Shown piece after piece: positions 10,803 through 22,125 of a stretch of 64,000 nucleotides of DNA. Under the pieces are notes generated by a model. That model was not told the origin of the DNA and did not search any database. It saw nothing but the letters and a program-made list of their open reading frames with translations. The stretch covers positions 1,798,001 through 1,862,000 of the forward strand of contig OY253668.1 in NCBI GenBank assembly GCA_958009085.1. The letters are read 5' to 3'. Source of the stretch: Protoeuglena noctilucae. Lineage: Eukaryota. The position numbers were made by a program, and so were the translations under genes. Position 1 is the stretch's first letter. Every line of letters starts with the position of its first letter.

Positions 10803-13800
10803 CTACCAATCGCTCGTCTCCTTTTCCCTCTTCTCCCCCACGCGGTCCCTCACCAGGTCCCGCAGGTACAGCCCCTCCTCCTGAGACGTGCTGCGGCCGT
10901 GCATGTGACGGGCTACGTCCACGATCAGCGCGTCCATGCCCACGTCCTGGGGAGTCAAAAAGAGAAAGAGAAACGAGTGATTGATGTGTAATTGAGCTAT
11001 CACACTCATGGTAAGACCATCCATGCCCACAGCACCGCTAATCGCACAGTTATTGAGTCAGCTCGGATTGCTGCGAAACTGCTGTCCCTACCACGCTGCT
11101 AATCGCGGCACACCGTGACATCAATGCACCCTCCCACACAACATCGCTCCCGCCACATCGACCACCACAGCACCCGCCACATCGACTACCACCGCACCGC
11201 TCTCGCAAACCACCCATCCCCTCACCTCTGGTAAGTCCGCCAGAACCTGACACAGGCGCCAGATCTCGGTTCGGTGGGCGTTGAAGAGCGGGCGCAATAG
11301 CACGGCCGCCATGACCCCGAAAAAGGCCCAGGTGACCGCCGTCATCGATGCCTGGATCGCAGTGATGTTGCCCAGCTGATCAGCATCGGTGTTGGCGTAG
11401 GCGTCCCTGCGGGTGAGGTGTGGGACGTGGCACGTTTGGGCATCACACAGCACGATCGGTCAAGGCACAGCACGATACGGAAAGCACAGGGCAGGTGCGA
11501 CTGTGCTGCCAAGACAAGGCCATGACATGAGACGACCCCCCCAAATCAACCACCCGCCGTCGCTCACGTGAGCTGCAGCCCCGTCTGCAGGTGCTTGGTG
11601 CCGACGGTCCCGATTAGCTTGGCCCGCGCGTTGCGGTACGTCAGGCCCTGATCCGGGTCCGTCACCAGTCGCTTGGCCTGCTCGATTAACTGAGTTGTCA
11701 GGATGTACATGCCGCGCCGGGTCGTGGCCGATAGCGGATCCGAGTACATGCTCACGCACCCCGCAGGGTCCAGGCAAACGTCGCCGAACCACAGCGACTT
11801 AAGCTCGGGGGCACTCCACACTGTCCCGCCCTGCACCGCCGACCCCTCGAGATCACTCGCGCCGAATATCACCGCTGACACCGCTTCCTGAGTCAGCCCT
11901 GTCGCCTGCTGCAGCAAAGCACGTTGTTGTGCCACCGCGGCCGCCCCCGCCCCCTCCATCTGCTGAGCCACCATCTCGTTCGCCCACACCAGCATCTGCG
12001 TCACTTGGCTCGTGTACACCGTGAACGCGTGCTGTGGGTCGAGCTGCAGCAACTCCTCCGATGCGAGCGACAGCGTGCGCGCGTACACCGCGATCACCGC
12101 CCCCGCCCACGCCACCACGGCCCCCAGCGCAGCGAACTCCATCGCGTTGCGCGCGAACCCACGTCGCTCTTTGGCGGATCCCGATGCCACCAGCGCCCGC
12201 GCCCGCGTCGCGCTTGCGGCCGGAATGCGCACCCCCATCAAGTGCTGCACCTGCCGACCCTTGCTCTTCTGCCGCTCCCCCGCCGCCGCCCCGCCCTTCC
12301 CTTTCTCCCACCCGCCCTCGCCACCCCCCCACTCCCCATCCTCCTCGCCCCCTTTCCCGCCTTCTTCCGACACCCGCCCATGCCCACCCTCGTCATCCTC
12401 ATCCGCCACCCCCTCCAGCGTCACCTCCCGCTGCCCCAAATCCACCGCGAGCGGCCGCGGCACCGCCACCAGTAACGACAACAGCGTCACGCGTAGCTCC
12501 TTGAAGCCCCGCAGCCCCCGCCACAGCGCTAGTGCCGCCATTGGGGCTGCGACCGCCACCTCTGCCACCAGGAACCCAATCGCCACGGAGCGAATGGGCG
12601 AAACGCTGTCTCTGGCGGCGGCCGCCAGTGCGTCCTCGATCTGGCGCATGCGTGGCAGCAGGACGGGCGCCAGATTGTCGGCGATGAAGTGGAACGAGTA
12701 GCTGCTGGCATCGGGGGGCGGGCTGGCGACGGCGAGGGCCTCTGCGGGGGGTGGGAGGACGGTGGGGTGGGGGGTGGGCTGAGGGAGTGGGGAGTGTGCA
12801 AGCGTAACGATGGGCGAGGCGTGTTGACAGTACATGTCTGGCGTATTGATCTAACACCTTTGACTGACTCACGTGCTGCTCCGGTGAAGCTGGCGACGGC
12901 GTCGTAGTAGCTCATCATCCGCACTTGGGTGGCACCCTGGGTGCCCACGACCTGGATCGGGAGGTCGGGGTCGCGCCACAGCGACTCCACCGTCTCCCGC
13001 CACTTCCCGAGGCTCGCGTCCGCGCCCGCGTGCTGGAGCGCCGTGTGTCGTGCGGACAGCTGCGCCGCTGCGTCGAGCATGCGGGAGGTGGCCGTGTCCG
13101 CAGGCACCCACGGGCACGGGTATCCCGCCGCGGACGAAACGACGATGCGTGAGTAGAGAAGCACGCGCAGCGCGAGTGGCGACTGCGAGCCGGCACTCTC
13201 GAGGTAAGTAAGGGTGCGGTGGTGCTGTTTGACTGCAACGACCGAAGCCGCGAACCCCGCCGTGTGGATGACCGCCAGGGGCATCGCGACGGCCACGAAG
13301 ATGGCGCGGAGACGCGTCAGGGGCTGCAGAAACATCTTGGTCGAGAGCAGCGCGTGGATTTGGTGCATCCGGCCCACGCGCCGCCCGTCCGGACCTGCGA
13401 AGGCGCATCGCAGCGATCCGTGCGCAGTCTAGGCACGTGTGCATGATATTTAAGTAACAAATATTCGCAATCGGGCACGTGTGCATGATATTTATGTAAC
13501 AAATATTCGCAGTATGTGTCCGGAGAAGCGCAGCGAAGCCCCGCTCACCTCGGCTGGAGCCCTCGCTGTTCCTGGCAGCGATGGGGCCCACCTCCTCCGC
13601 GTCCTGTTGTTCGACCGGCAACGTCTGCCTGCCAATCGTGTCTTTCGGCGATGCGCCTTTCTCAGACGCGGCCTTCGCGGATGCCGCCTTGGCAGACCCG
13701 GCCTTGACAGAGCCGGGCCTCCTCACGCCTCCCTCCGGCACCCACGGCGGAGTCCCGGCTTTGGAACCCGACTGACCCAACGTCTGCGGATTGGACGAGC

Positions 13801-16800
13801 TCGCTCCGAGGTTGCCGCCAGCCGCCTGGTCCTGCGCCGTTGCTGCTGTGACCGTCCTGCAGGTGCAAAGAAGGGGGAGCCGCACCTCATCACAACGCTT
13901 CCACTGCGCCAAATTGCTGTGCATTTCTCTATCTGAGCTCTTTGCGCACGTCGCAAACAGATAGGGCCAGCGCTTCGCTCACATCTGCGCGAAGACGTAA
14001 GCTGCTGCACCCAGCCACACTTTGCACATCACGCGCCCGCCCCTCGCCTGGGCTCCTGGCCAGTCCGCGCGCCCGCCCCTCCCTGCGACGCCTCCGCAGC
14101 TGCGCCCGCCCCGTCGGCAGCGCGCGGAACGCCGTTGTCGTCCCCAACTGGCCCCGCACGCAGCATCCACGCTCTCTCGAGCTGCATCAGTGCCGCCTTG
14201 CTCAGAGCCATCTCTTGCCCGAAATCGCTCGCTGCCATCCCCGACGGCGCGATGCCCTTGTCCGCCCACTCGTCCATCCGTAGCCACGAGAAGCTGCGAA
14301 GGGAGGGGCGGGGCAGGGCAAGCGATCGCAAACACTGCAACACTGGGTCGCAACAGGATTGGCATCGCGTCCTATATCGTGTAGTGCTGTGCTGTGCTGT
14401 TTGTGCCCATCGCCCCATCCTCACCCGTGCCCAGCAGATTCCCCGCCCATCCTCGACCCTCCCTCCTCCCTCCCACTCTCCTCCTCCTCCGCACTCCCAC
14501 CCCCGTCATCGCTGCGCACTGGGTCCCTCGACGTGATCGACTCCGCCCCACGCACCCGCTCGCCATCCCCCTCATCACCAAACACATCGATTGGCCCCAA
14601 CCCTCCCGGGCCTCCTGCTGCCGTTGCAGTTGCTCCCTGCCCAACTCGGTCAACTCGGCTCTGTATTTCCTGTATCTCGCCCTCAGCATCGTCCGCATCC
14701 TCGTATCGCCTCGTGGGCTTGTTGGGGGCGTCGTTGCGACTTGCGGCCTTGCCACCAAAGGCCCGGTCCAGTTCGCTGCCGTCCTCAGAGTCCGCAGGGA
14801 GGGGGCTCAGGGGAGGGAAGGCCGTGGCTGCGAGCGGAGGAGGGAATGGCATGGAAGTGTTATTAGTAATATGTGCCATCAACACATGTCACCTACACAT
14901 GTTGTCATCAACACGTGACATGAACACTACCCATGTGCAACTACCTTAACCCAACCCCACCCCCACCCTGTCTCACCCGCCGTGGGCCGGATCGCCACCG
15001 TCATCATCCCCGCTTGGCCCCGCTCCATCACTTGCACGCGTGCCGTCACCGTCGCCCCATCAGGACACGCCAACACCGCCTCTGTCTCGCCGCCCGCCCC
15101 CCCTCCCGACACCTCTTGCAACCCCAGCTCCTGCCCAATCGCTGTAGCCGCGGGCACCCCCAGCACCGCCTCCACGTCACCCCACGCACCCGAGACCATC
15201 CCATCGGGCCTCATCCGCACGACAGCGAAAGCCCTTGTAATTGGCGCCACGCGCAGCGTCAACAGCCCCCCGTTCCTCCCCGCAGGTGTGATGGTGCAAG
15301 GCACCCTCGCGTCTCCCATCCTCGCCATCGCACGCGCATGCCACGCCCCCACATCGTCCCCTTCCCCCTCCCAGCGCGCCATAATGTCCTTGGCAGTCCC
15401 CGCAAGCTCCAACAGCTCCCCTAACTGCTTCAGCCGACCCACACTAGACTCCCCTACACCCCCACCGGGGCCGGTGAGTGATGCCTCAGCAAACGACCCC
15501 TGCATCGGATTCGCTGCCGGCAGAGCTGAGGAGCTCGCTTGGTGCGCGGCAGTGGGCATGGCCGTGAGCTCTCGCTGCGAGGGGCCCATGAGTGCGGCGC
15601 GGGAGGTGGTGGGGTGGGGCGGGGGCAGGCGTGAGGGTCGTTTGGTGAGGGCGTGGGTGAAGAAAGCGGCTTGGAGGCCCGACGCGTGTATGATGCGTCC
15701 AGAAGAGTCGACGTCGATGGTTACGTGGCCCGAGGCGTCCGTGGGGGCGCAGAGGGTAAGGGTAAGCGCCAACTCATTGGCACCTGAGGGGGTGGTATGG
15801 GTGGGGGTTATGGTGGCAGTGGGGGTGGCAGAGAGGGTGGGTGTGAGAGTAAGGCTGTGCCCGTACATCAGCTCAATCGTCCAAGCCAGTCCACCACTCA
15901 CCGTGTGTGATGGCAGCGCCCTTGTCGATCTCCACATTGACATAGACGTGCCGCCCTCCCAGGGTCCGCATGCGCAAGGGGCCCGACAGCAGCATGCAAG
16001 GGGCGGGGGGCTGCGGGAACAAAGCGACGAGAGCGGCGTCGATCGTCGTTAGCAATCAGCCATCGTGCAATGGAGTAAGCGATACAGTAAGCAAATGGAG
16101 TTCATGACAGAGTAGGCAATACAGTCAGCAACAGAGTTGGCGATGAGAGTCGGCGACCCATCTCTAAGCCCTCACCCGGTCTCCCTGCCCCGCCCCCGCC
16201 TCCCCCAGCTCTCGGTGCAAGTCCTGCACATCGCCGGGCATCCACTCCCACAGCTGCCGCCCCACCATTCCCCCGTGCCCGGCATGCAGCATCGCCTCCG
16301 CACCCCCATCCGCAGACACCACCCTGCCCGACGCCCGCTCCACCGTCACCGACCCCTTCGTGTGCTGCACAGCCATCACAGTCAAAAGCACCAGAGGCGC
16401 TCGGTCTGTTCCCGCCGGGACTGCCTGGGCTTGCGCCAGCACCCCACCGCCCACCGCCACCCCCGTCCCGACCCTCAGCAGCCCCTCTGCGCTCTCTGCG
16501 CCGCTGCCGGACAGAGACCGGAGCAACTCGTGCGCCCCGGGGAGCACCGCCTCTACGGGCGCTCCCATCACAGACCCCGGTGAACGGCCGAGCATCGACG
16601 CTAGTGGCGCATCCACCGCCACGACCATGTGACCCTCGGGGCTCAGCCAGGCACGCGCCAGTGTGCCTGGGAATATGGACTGGTCCCAGGCACGGGCGGG
16701 GAGCGAGGGGTTGAGCACTCCCACGAACGTCACCCGGCCGCCCTGCATTGCATCGCAGGGGGGGGGGGTGGTGCATTGGGGTTGAGAGACTGGCAGGGAT

Positions 16801-19800
16801 ACAGAAAAAGACTTCCGATGCGCGTTGGTGTTACCAATAACAGAGTCAATGACTGTCTCAATACCTCACACGCCAAGCTAGCTCACCTGCACCACGGCGG
16901 AGACGTGGACCGACACCCCGATCGCCATGCGGCCTCGCTTGAGCGCCACCACGCCCGCAATCACCCTCTGCAGGCATATGTGGGTGGATAGCGTATAAGA
17001 GAATCAGAGAGATATGATAACAGCTAAGGAATGGTGCCGTCGGCTGCCCTCAAGCGCATTGCAGATCGTGTAATGCCGCTCCACCACATCTTTCGTCAGC
17101 CCATCACATCCCTCGCGCTTGATGATAGAAACTGAATAGACTTCATAGTGACTGCTTTTTTGCATAACAGCATCCCTCACCTCTTTCACCGTGGATCCAT
17201 TGGCAGTTGCTCCCCTTATGAACCCCCCATGCATGGCGGCCAGAGAGGGGGGCATGAGCATGGCAAGGTTCCGGCCCAGCAACTCGTGCGTGGCGTATCC
17301 CAGCAATTCGGCAAAAGGGGCGCTGACGAGCTCCATGATGCCCTGGGTGTCCACCACCACCGTCGCGTCCTGGGAGGAAAGCAAGTGATGAGTGATTTAC
17401 GATACATGGGATGTTACTTAGTGAGGTGTGTTTGTCTTTACAGAAAGGGAAGAGAAAAGTGTCAGAGATGCACTTTCTGCTCCCCAAACTGAATGACGGC
17501 GGGGCTGCCCTCATGCCAGCATGTGCGAGACCCTGCCCCACGCATGCCGCCACAGTGGCGAACCAAGACACATCAGATAGGAGAGATAGACTCGCACGTA
17601 TCATTCCACTCGCCTGGTCGTCTGCGACTTCCGGCATCCCCCCCCTACCCTTGAGTTTCTTGGCAGGGAGCTTGACGGCAAACTCCGCATTGGTCTCGAT
17701 GCGTTCGGCCTCCTGCGATGGGATGCGAAATGAGATAAGATGAGATAAGATAAGATCATCGAGTGCGGGGTGGTAAGCACTGCAAAGCCGCAGCTAGCGT
17801 TGCAGAGATAAGGCGAGTAGTGCTGTTGGTGCACAATTGATTGACCATGCCACGCATACTGACCTGCACCAATACAACACTCCATAAATCGCAGAGCCAC
17901 TCTCACGCACTGACCTGCACGAACATGTTCCCCTCGTTGGCGTTACCCGCCACGAAATGCAGGAAGGCCCCGCTGGTGCGGAGCAGGCGGGCGTTGGCGG
18001 GGTAACGCTGCAGCAGGATGCGGTAGCTGAGCTGCGGATGGGGGGTGGGTAATGGGGGTGATTAGTGGTGCAGCATGCGGTAACTGAGCTGTGGAGAAGG
18101 AGTGGGCTAACGCTGCTGCCCTAAGCTGTGAATGCCACTGCAAAACAGTTGCAACGCACATCAACAACGCCACCCCACCTGCACCAACCCCTCCCCACAC
18201 CCACACCGCACGCCTTCATCACCCCCAACCCCCCCCCCACACGCAACCACACCCACACCACATACATACGCATCAACCCCCCACCCTCACCTGTGCTGCT
18301 TTCTCTCTCGCGTGCACCCTCCACAGCGCCCGTCCGATGCGCCCTACGCCCACTTTCTGCCTCGACGCGACCCTCCACACGTCTCTCTTAGCTTCGACCG
18401 CCTTCCGGTGCAGGTTCATCGCCAGCCTCAGCTGCTCCTGCAGTTCATCCAAACTGCTCACGTCCACCTCCTCGCCCTCGGCACCCGCCAGGTCCCAGAG
18501 ATGAGCCTCGATGCGCTGTGGGGGGGCAGATGGGGGGTGGGGTAGGTGAGGGTGGGTGCGGGTGTGCGGGTGGGCGGACGTGTGTGAGTGGATGAGTGGG
18601 TGAGCTCGTAGGTTGCGGGGGTGTGTGTACAGTCTGGTGAAGAACCCCTCTCCCTTAGTTGCTGCCTCACCAGCGTGTATAATCTGGTGAAGAACCCTTC
18701 TCCCTTGGTCGTGTCGATCTTTGCCGTGGTGGAGCGGGCGGCGGGGATGTCCCGCGCCAGAAACGCCTGGCCGGCAGCCAGGAAGTTGAGGATCTTGGTG
18801 CTGCGAGTAGGGAGAGGGGGCGAAGCATGGCCTGGGCACCCATTGGTAGAGATGGGAACCCCCAACGCATGGCTTAGGCACCCTCATTCTTATCACACCC
18901 CAGTCACCCTCTCCCTCCTATCCCAACCCCCCCATCCTCCCATCTCACCCCCAGTCACCCCCATCACCCCTTCACCTGCCCCACTCCACCCCACCCTGTG
19001 CTGCCACCCACCTCACCCCCATCACCCCCATCACCCCCTCACCTGTGCTGCCACCCACCTTACCCCCAGTCACCCCCGGTCACCACCACCACCCCCATAC
19101 CCCCCCTCACCTGTCCTGCTCCAGCAGCGCCATGTGCTTGATGGCCTCGAGCGCCCCATCAATCAGCGTCTCATCCAGTTTGCCAACAGGAGAGAAAGCG
19201 GCTGGGACCCTTAACATCGCCTCCACCGCTTCCTCATCCATAAACCGGTGTAGTCGCAAATCGTCCTCGGCAGCTCCCGGCCGCGACGCATACATCAGCA
19301 CCACCCTGCGCGCCGCCAGCTGTCGCAAACACGTGGCGGCGCCCGCCCCCACGGCCAAAAGCGGCGCGAGGGCGCCCATCAGCGCGCGGGCGTGCGGCCA
19401 GCCACCCAAATGCGCGGCAACGCCGATGAATAGCCCCAGCTGGCCCCCGCACACGGACGCCCGCAGGATGGGGTGCATGAAACCCGGGTAGGGCACACGC
19501 ACGACCAGGACGTAGGTGGCCCAGAGCCACAGCAGGCACAGCAGCACCGCAAACACCACCATGTTGTCCCTGCAGTTGGCGAGGAGGGGGTGGCAAGGGG
19601 GTTTACTGCAAGGAGGTTCGTCGTGAAAGCGCTGAGGCTCCGTTCCCGGTGCATCAACGGTGTATGTGGTCCCATGCAGGCATCCGCGTGGTCACTATCT
19701 ACTCCCTATGCATGCACGCGATATACTTACAAATAATCAGTCTAATGCAATCCGTCTCGCCTGAGGAGGAAGTGGAAGATGAAGAGGGCGGTCATCTGCA

Positions 19801-21460
19801 GAGCCGTCACGCGGGACATCGGCACTGCGGGGCAGGGCGAGAGGAGGCGTGGGGTTGCAGACAACAACAGTGGTGCCAAGCTTAGAGTACGACAGTATGA
19901 CACGCGTGATGGCTGGGGGGTATCGATATGGCAGACACTGTCAGTGCGACATGCATGGTAAACTCATGTGTGGCGGGCGTTGCAGCTGTCAGCATCTCAC
20001 CCGCAGAGACGGGTGCGAGGGACCCTCCGTTTGAAAAGTCCAGGTCGCTGTCTTTGATGGCGCAGAGGATGACCATGGCTGCGTGGAACGCCGCAGCGAC
20101 GACGCTGGGCGTGGCGTAGGCCGGCAGGGGTGCGCACGTAGCCCCTGGTACCAACAGGTTGGCGTTGGGGGGGAAGGTCGAGAATCGGGACGTGTTGCAA
20201 GTCACGGGGATCAGGAGGACTCCCAGGATCGCAAACGCCCCGGTCTGCAAGGGGGCAGCGGAGGGGCGGGGGTGAGCACGGGGGCGCTGGGCGTGGTTGT
20301 ATCAACGCAGGAGGGGATGATAGGTGCTGACAGGAGGGGATGGAAAGAGTGATGACAGGGGTGCTGCAGGTGATAGGTGCTGCACGGAACATACAGCACA
20401 AAAGCATGGAGCGTCCCGGTGCTGCTGGCCGTGCCCATTCACCTTAAACATCATGACTTCCAGGAACCTGGCGAATCTGGCCTCGAAGCGCAGGAAGGCC
20501 AGGCCACGGTGAGCAGAGCCCCGCACCCACTGCGGGGTGAGATAGATGCATCGGGTGTTTGCACACCCGCTCACACGCTCGGCGCGGGGTTTACAGCCGG
20601 CGACGGTGGTTGCGGTAATCAACGTCGACTCACCAGGATGTGGGAGATGATGATGAGGTAGAAGAGCTCCATGACCATGCAGACGTAGAGGATGACGAGC
20701 GCGGCCCTCTTGGCCTGCGAGCGACGGGCAAGGCCATGCGATGAGGGTGATACGGACAGCTCTTCATACATTATATTGCTTCTACTGCTTTGACACCAAC
20801 GGCTTTCTTTCGTGTCGCTGCGAGCGGGTGCAGGTGCTGGCTCACCGATGCCCCCGTCTGTGTCGAAGGCAGGGCGAAGAGCGTCACCGCCCGCATCACG
20901 TGGATCCACGCTGCGAGAACAAAGCGTCGGGCGGGGCTTTGCAAAAAACCTGCCCGCATTATAAAGGCGCCCAGTTGCTACGCTGATGCTGCTCACCGCT
21001 CCCGTTGTCGATATTCCAGCCCAGCACCGGGTGCAGCGCGTACATGATGATGACGAGGCATTGGTAGGACGCAAAGAGGAACTGCAGCTTCCAAGTCGCG
21101 AGGAATTTCAGCTGCGGGGAGGCGAAAGGGGGGGAAGGTCGGGCCCTTCGCATGCTCGAGCCACCCGCCCGGCCGGCGAGATTCCGCGAAGGCTCTGGTG
21201 ACAGCCAAACGCACCTTCGGGGCCGCTCGCATCCATTTGTTCACGAGCTCGGCGACGGCGACCCTGCGCCGCAACGTTGGGCCGAAGGATAGGCGTCATT
21301 CATGGCACCAAAAAGCACCAACGCGCAGCGCGCAGAGCCACGACCCAGGTAATGTCACCCACCTCGCGAATCCTCGAAAGCCGTCCGCGTCCTCGAGCGA
21401 GCCCTGCCTCGAACCTGCGGAGGAACGCACAGTGGAGGAAGTAGGGCGCGTGTGAGTCAT
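10803..21460 (-). CDS. TmcB/FixL-like (FXL) multi-pass membrane protein with TPR-like region and several PAS domains, paralog 1 (divergent)
   Basis: About 22 exons join in phase from MTHTRPTSSTVRS (21460; alternative ATG 21505). N-terminal TM bundle, TPR-like LSYRILLQRYPANARLLRTSGAFLHFV, PAS DATVVVDTQGIMELVSAPFAELLGYATHELLGRNLAMLMPPSLAAMH, further PAS repeats (16.2-16.7 kb, 15.0-15.7 kb), two TM-ectodomain-TM modules, stop TAG at 10803. Confidence 0.8.
11149..11196. repeat. Intronic 24-bp tandem duplication
   Basis: cccgccacatcgaccaccacagca followed by cccgccacatcgactaccaccgca. Confidence 0.85.
13432..13511. repeat. Intronic AT-rich tandem duplication, 42-bp period
   Basis: ggcacgtgtgcatgatattta(a/t)gtaacaaatattcgca at 13432 and 13474. 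Confidence 0.9.
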
Positions 21461-22125
21461 TGAACGACTCGCCGCGGCCGCGGCGGCGCGCGGCATGCAA
21501 ATCATGACGCACCATTTCTACTGTCCGAGTCGCCGGCGCTTGAAGCCGCCCCGTCCCCTCCTCCTCTAGACATGCTCGAGCCCACGAGGGCCAGGTCCCG
21601 CGACGCGGACGCCATGGCCCCCCATCAGCACACTGCAGACGCTTACGTAGGCTTAGCAGTCATGCGGGCGGCGAGAGCGCTGCAGCAGAGGCCGGACGAG
21701 TGTTGTAGCGCGCCCACAGGGGAAACCAGCGGCGAGCCCCGGCCGATGCGGGCCCGGCGGATTTGATGGCCGCGATGACACGATAGATGACGTTTTTAGC
21801 ACCTGGTGTGCGCCGCGGCCTCGTATTCACTTCCTCGCATCAGGCCAGGTCATATGTGGGTCTGACATGGTCAGAGTTTTCCGCATACGCCGTCTTATGC
21901 CCTGCAAGTTCTGCTAGCGCACAAACGGCGACGGGTTGTGTACACTTTGCGTCGTCTTTTGTTACTCTGGAGCCCAGCAAGCTTCCTGCGGACCCACTTG
22001 CCTGCGACGTCCTGTTGCTTGGCCTGCGCTGTTGACCCGGTTAAGAAGGCCGGACCGCGGCCCTATGCGTTGATACGTCAGCAAGCACCTGGCTGACGAG
22101 GCCCGACCAGATATCGTGTCGCGAC
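21461..22125. promoter_or_regulatory. Probable bidirectional promoter/5' UTR region between the two divergent TmcB/FXL-like genes
   Basis: About 665 bp between the inferred ATGs at 21460 (-) and 22126 (+). Inferred from gene geometry only; no motif identified. Confidence 0.5.

Noticed and set aside
13432..13511. Short direct repeats as a possible CRISPR array or transposon footprint
   Set aside because: Only two adjacent copies without unique spacers, in a eukaryotic intron; no terminal inverted repeats, target-site duplication or transposase seen.
14982..16052. 356-aa plus-strand ORF and many other long overlapping ORFs in the six-frame track (e.g. 39480-40580 minus, 41397-42347 plus, 61448-62365 plus)
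   Set aside because: Shadow frames expected in high-GC DNA with few stop codons; they lie antisense or out of frame to well-supported spliced genes and show no recognisable motifs.
17000..17115. Possible intronic C/D-box snoRNA on the minus strand (GTGATGG...CTGA with a weak terminal stem)
   Set aside because: The C box is imperfect, the stem relies on G-U pairs and I could not identify an rRNA-complementary guide.
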